Virus record (IMG/VR): IMGVR_UViG_3300047163_000032
Span: 1 to 32,876 of that record
Source: a virus
Taxonomy: Duplodnaviria > Heunggongvirae > Uroviricota > Caudoviricetes
Length of the DNA: 32,876 bases
Direction: 5' to 3' (one strand)
Part shown: positions 32,300 to 32,876 of the stretch, one piece after another
Position numbering within the stretch: the stretch's first letter is position 1
Layout of the letters: the number at the start of each line of letters is the position of its first letter
Notes under the pieces: generated by a model
Seen by the model: the letters and a program-made list of their open reading frames with translations, nothing else
Database searches by the model: none
What the model was told of the DNA's origin: nothing
Program-made: the position numbers and the translations under genes

Positions 32300-32450
32300 T
32301 TCCTGCAAGAATTGCGGCGAGATCGTCATTCAGCGGCCCAACGATGGCGTTTGGGTTCACTACCCCAGCCTCCAACCAGCCTGCTATAGAATCCTCTACG
32401 CCGAACCGTACATATCGGCGTTCCGAACTTCCGTCCAACAGTCGGACTAG
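32286..32450 (+). CDS. Small CxxC protein ending in the palindromic site (VQQSD*)
   Basis: GAGGG RBS; CKNCG...WVH. Confidence 0.5.
   Translation: MITGDSCKNCGEIVIQRPNDGVWVHYPSLQPACYRILYAEPYISAFRTSVQQSD
32433..32447. repeat. 15-bp palindromic site, copy 8
   Basis: GTCCAACAGTCGGAC, forming the last codons of 32286-32450. Confidence 0.9.
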
Positions 32451-32535
32451 GTTTGCAGATTTATCTTGATTTCCCCTGCGTTCGTCGGTTAAAGTTTAGG
32501 TCGTGGTGAGCAAAAGGCCAAAAAAGGAGTAATCG

Positions 32536-32745
32536 TTGGCTCCAATTCACGGTTCCGAATACGAAAAGTTGGTCAACCAACTGCAGGACTTGGTTGACCA
32601 GATGAAGCGTGACGAATGGCTTCCGATAAGAGGTTTCATTTTGATAGCTCGGGATTCGGAGTCGGACATGGTTACCTACTGCCCAAAAGGTGACGTGACC
32701 GGGCTGCTCCAAGATGCGTGGAAGCACAAGAGGGGCGATGCTTGA
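32536..32745 (+). CDS. Small hypothetical protein
   Basis: AGGAG RBS with TTG start. Confidence 0.5.
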   Translation: MAPIHGSEYEKLVNQLQDLVDQMKRDEWLPIRGFILIARDSESDMVTYCPKGDVTGLLQDAWKHKRGDA

Positions 32746-32876
32746 TTTGGGTAAGCCGTGCCCCTTCTGCGGGGCCAAGCCGGGAGAAAAGTGCTTCGAC
32801 TACCGCAACGGCGTTCGGATTGAGTGGCCGACCAAGACACACAAGGCGCGGACTGCGGGAGTAGCCGCTGAAAGTT

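Noticed and set aside
1033-32447. The palindrome half-site TCCRAC equals the MmeI recognition sequence, raising the possibility of a library adaptor artefact
   Set aside because: The copies vary in sequence, keep reading frames intact and point inward rather than outward as in ditag linkers, so an artefact is unlikely. The coincidence is still worth remembering.
325-32778. Long minus-strand ORFs (e.g. 1503-2474, 19383-20399, 24711-25598, 28467-29225)
   Set aside because: They are antisense shadows of well-supported plus-strand genes, with no motifs or RBS.
1-32876. CRISPR array, integrase/att site, terminase, structural or lysis genes
   Set aside because: No regularly spaced repeats or diagnostic motifs seen. 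The palindromes are kilobases apart, so they are not an array.

Overview
The window is a ~33 kb segment of a tailed phage or prophage. All credible genes lie on the + strand, and I see no host housekeeping, structural, terminase, lysis or integrase genes. From left to right: (1) a recombination module (lambda Red-beta-like annealase, PD-(D/E)XK exonuclease, KTSC protein) mixed with a ParB-like protein and a 2OG-Fe(II) oxygenase-like gene; (2) a second ParB-fold (DGQHR-like) protein, an XRE-type HTH, RusA, a probable initiator/loader pair, DUF5131 and a DnaB helicase; (3) an HNH protein and a lipoprotein pair closed by a terminator; (4) a promoter, a tRNA-like cloverleaf and an accessory block with two C5 cytosine methyltransferases; (5) a C-rich block of small 'early/leading-region'-type genes with DUF932 and its own promoters; (6) an abrupt switch to G-rich DNA at about 30.5 kb. 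The strongest unexplained signals are a 15-bp palindrome (RTCCRAC-W-RTYGGAY) found 8 times plus one degenerate copy, a split methyltransferase whose second subunit is nested in the +1 frame with five repeated modules, a non-canonical tRNA-like RNA, and a probable IS1595-type right end carrying the second methyltransferase. All family assignments come from motif recognition by eye; no searches were run.
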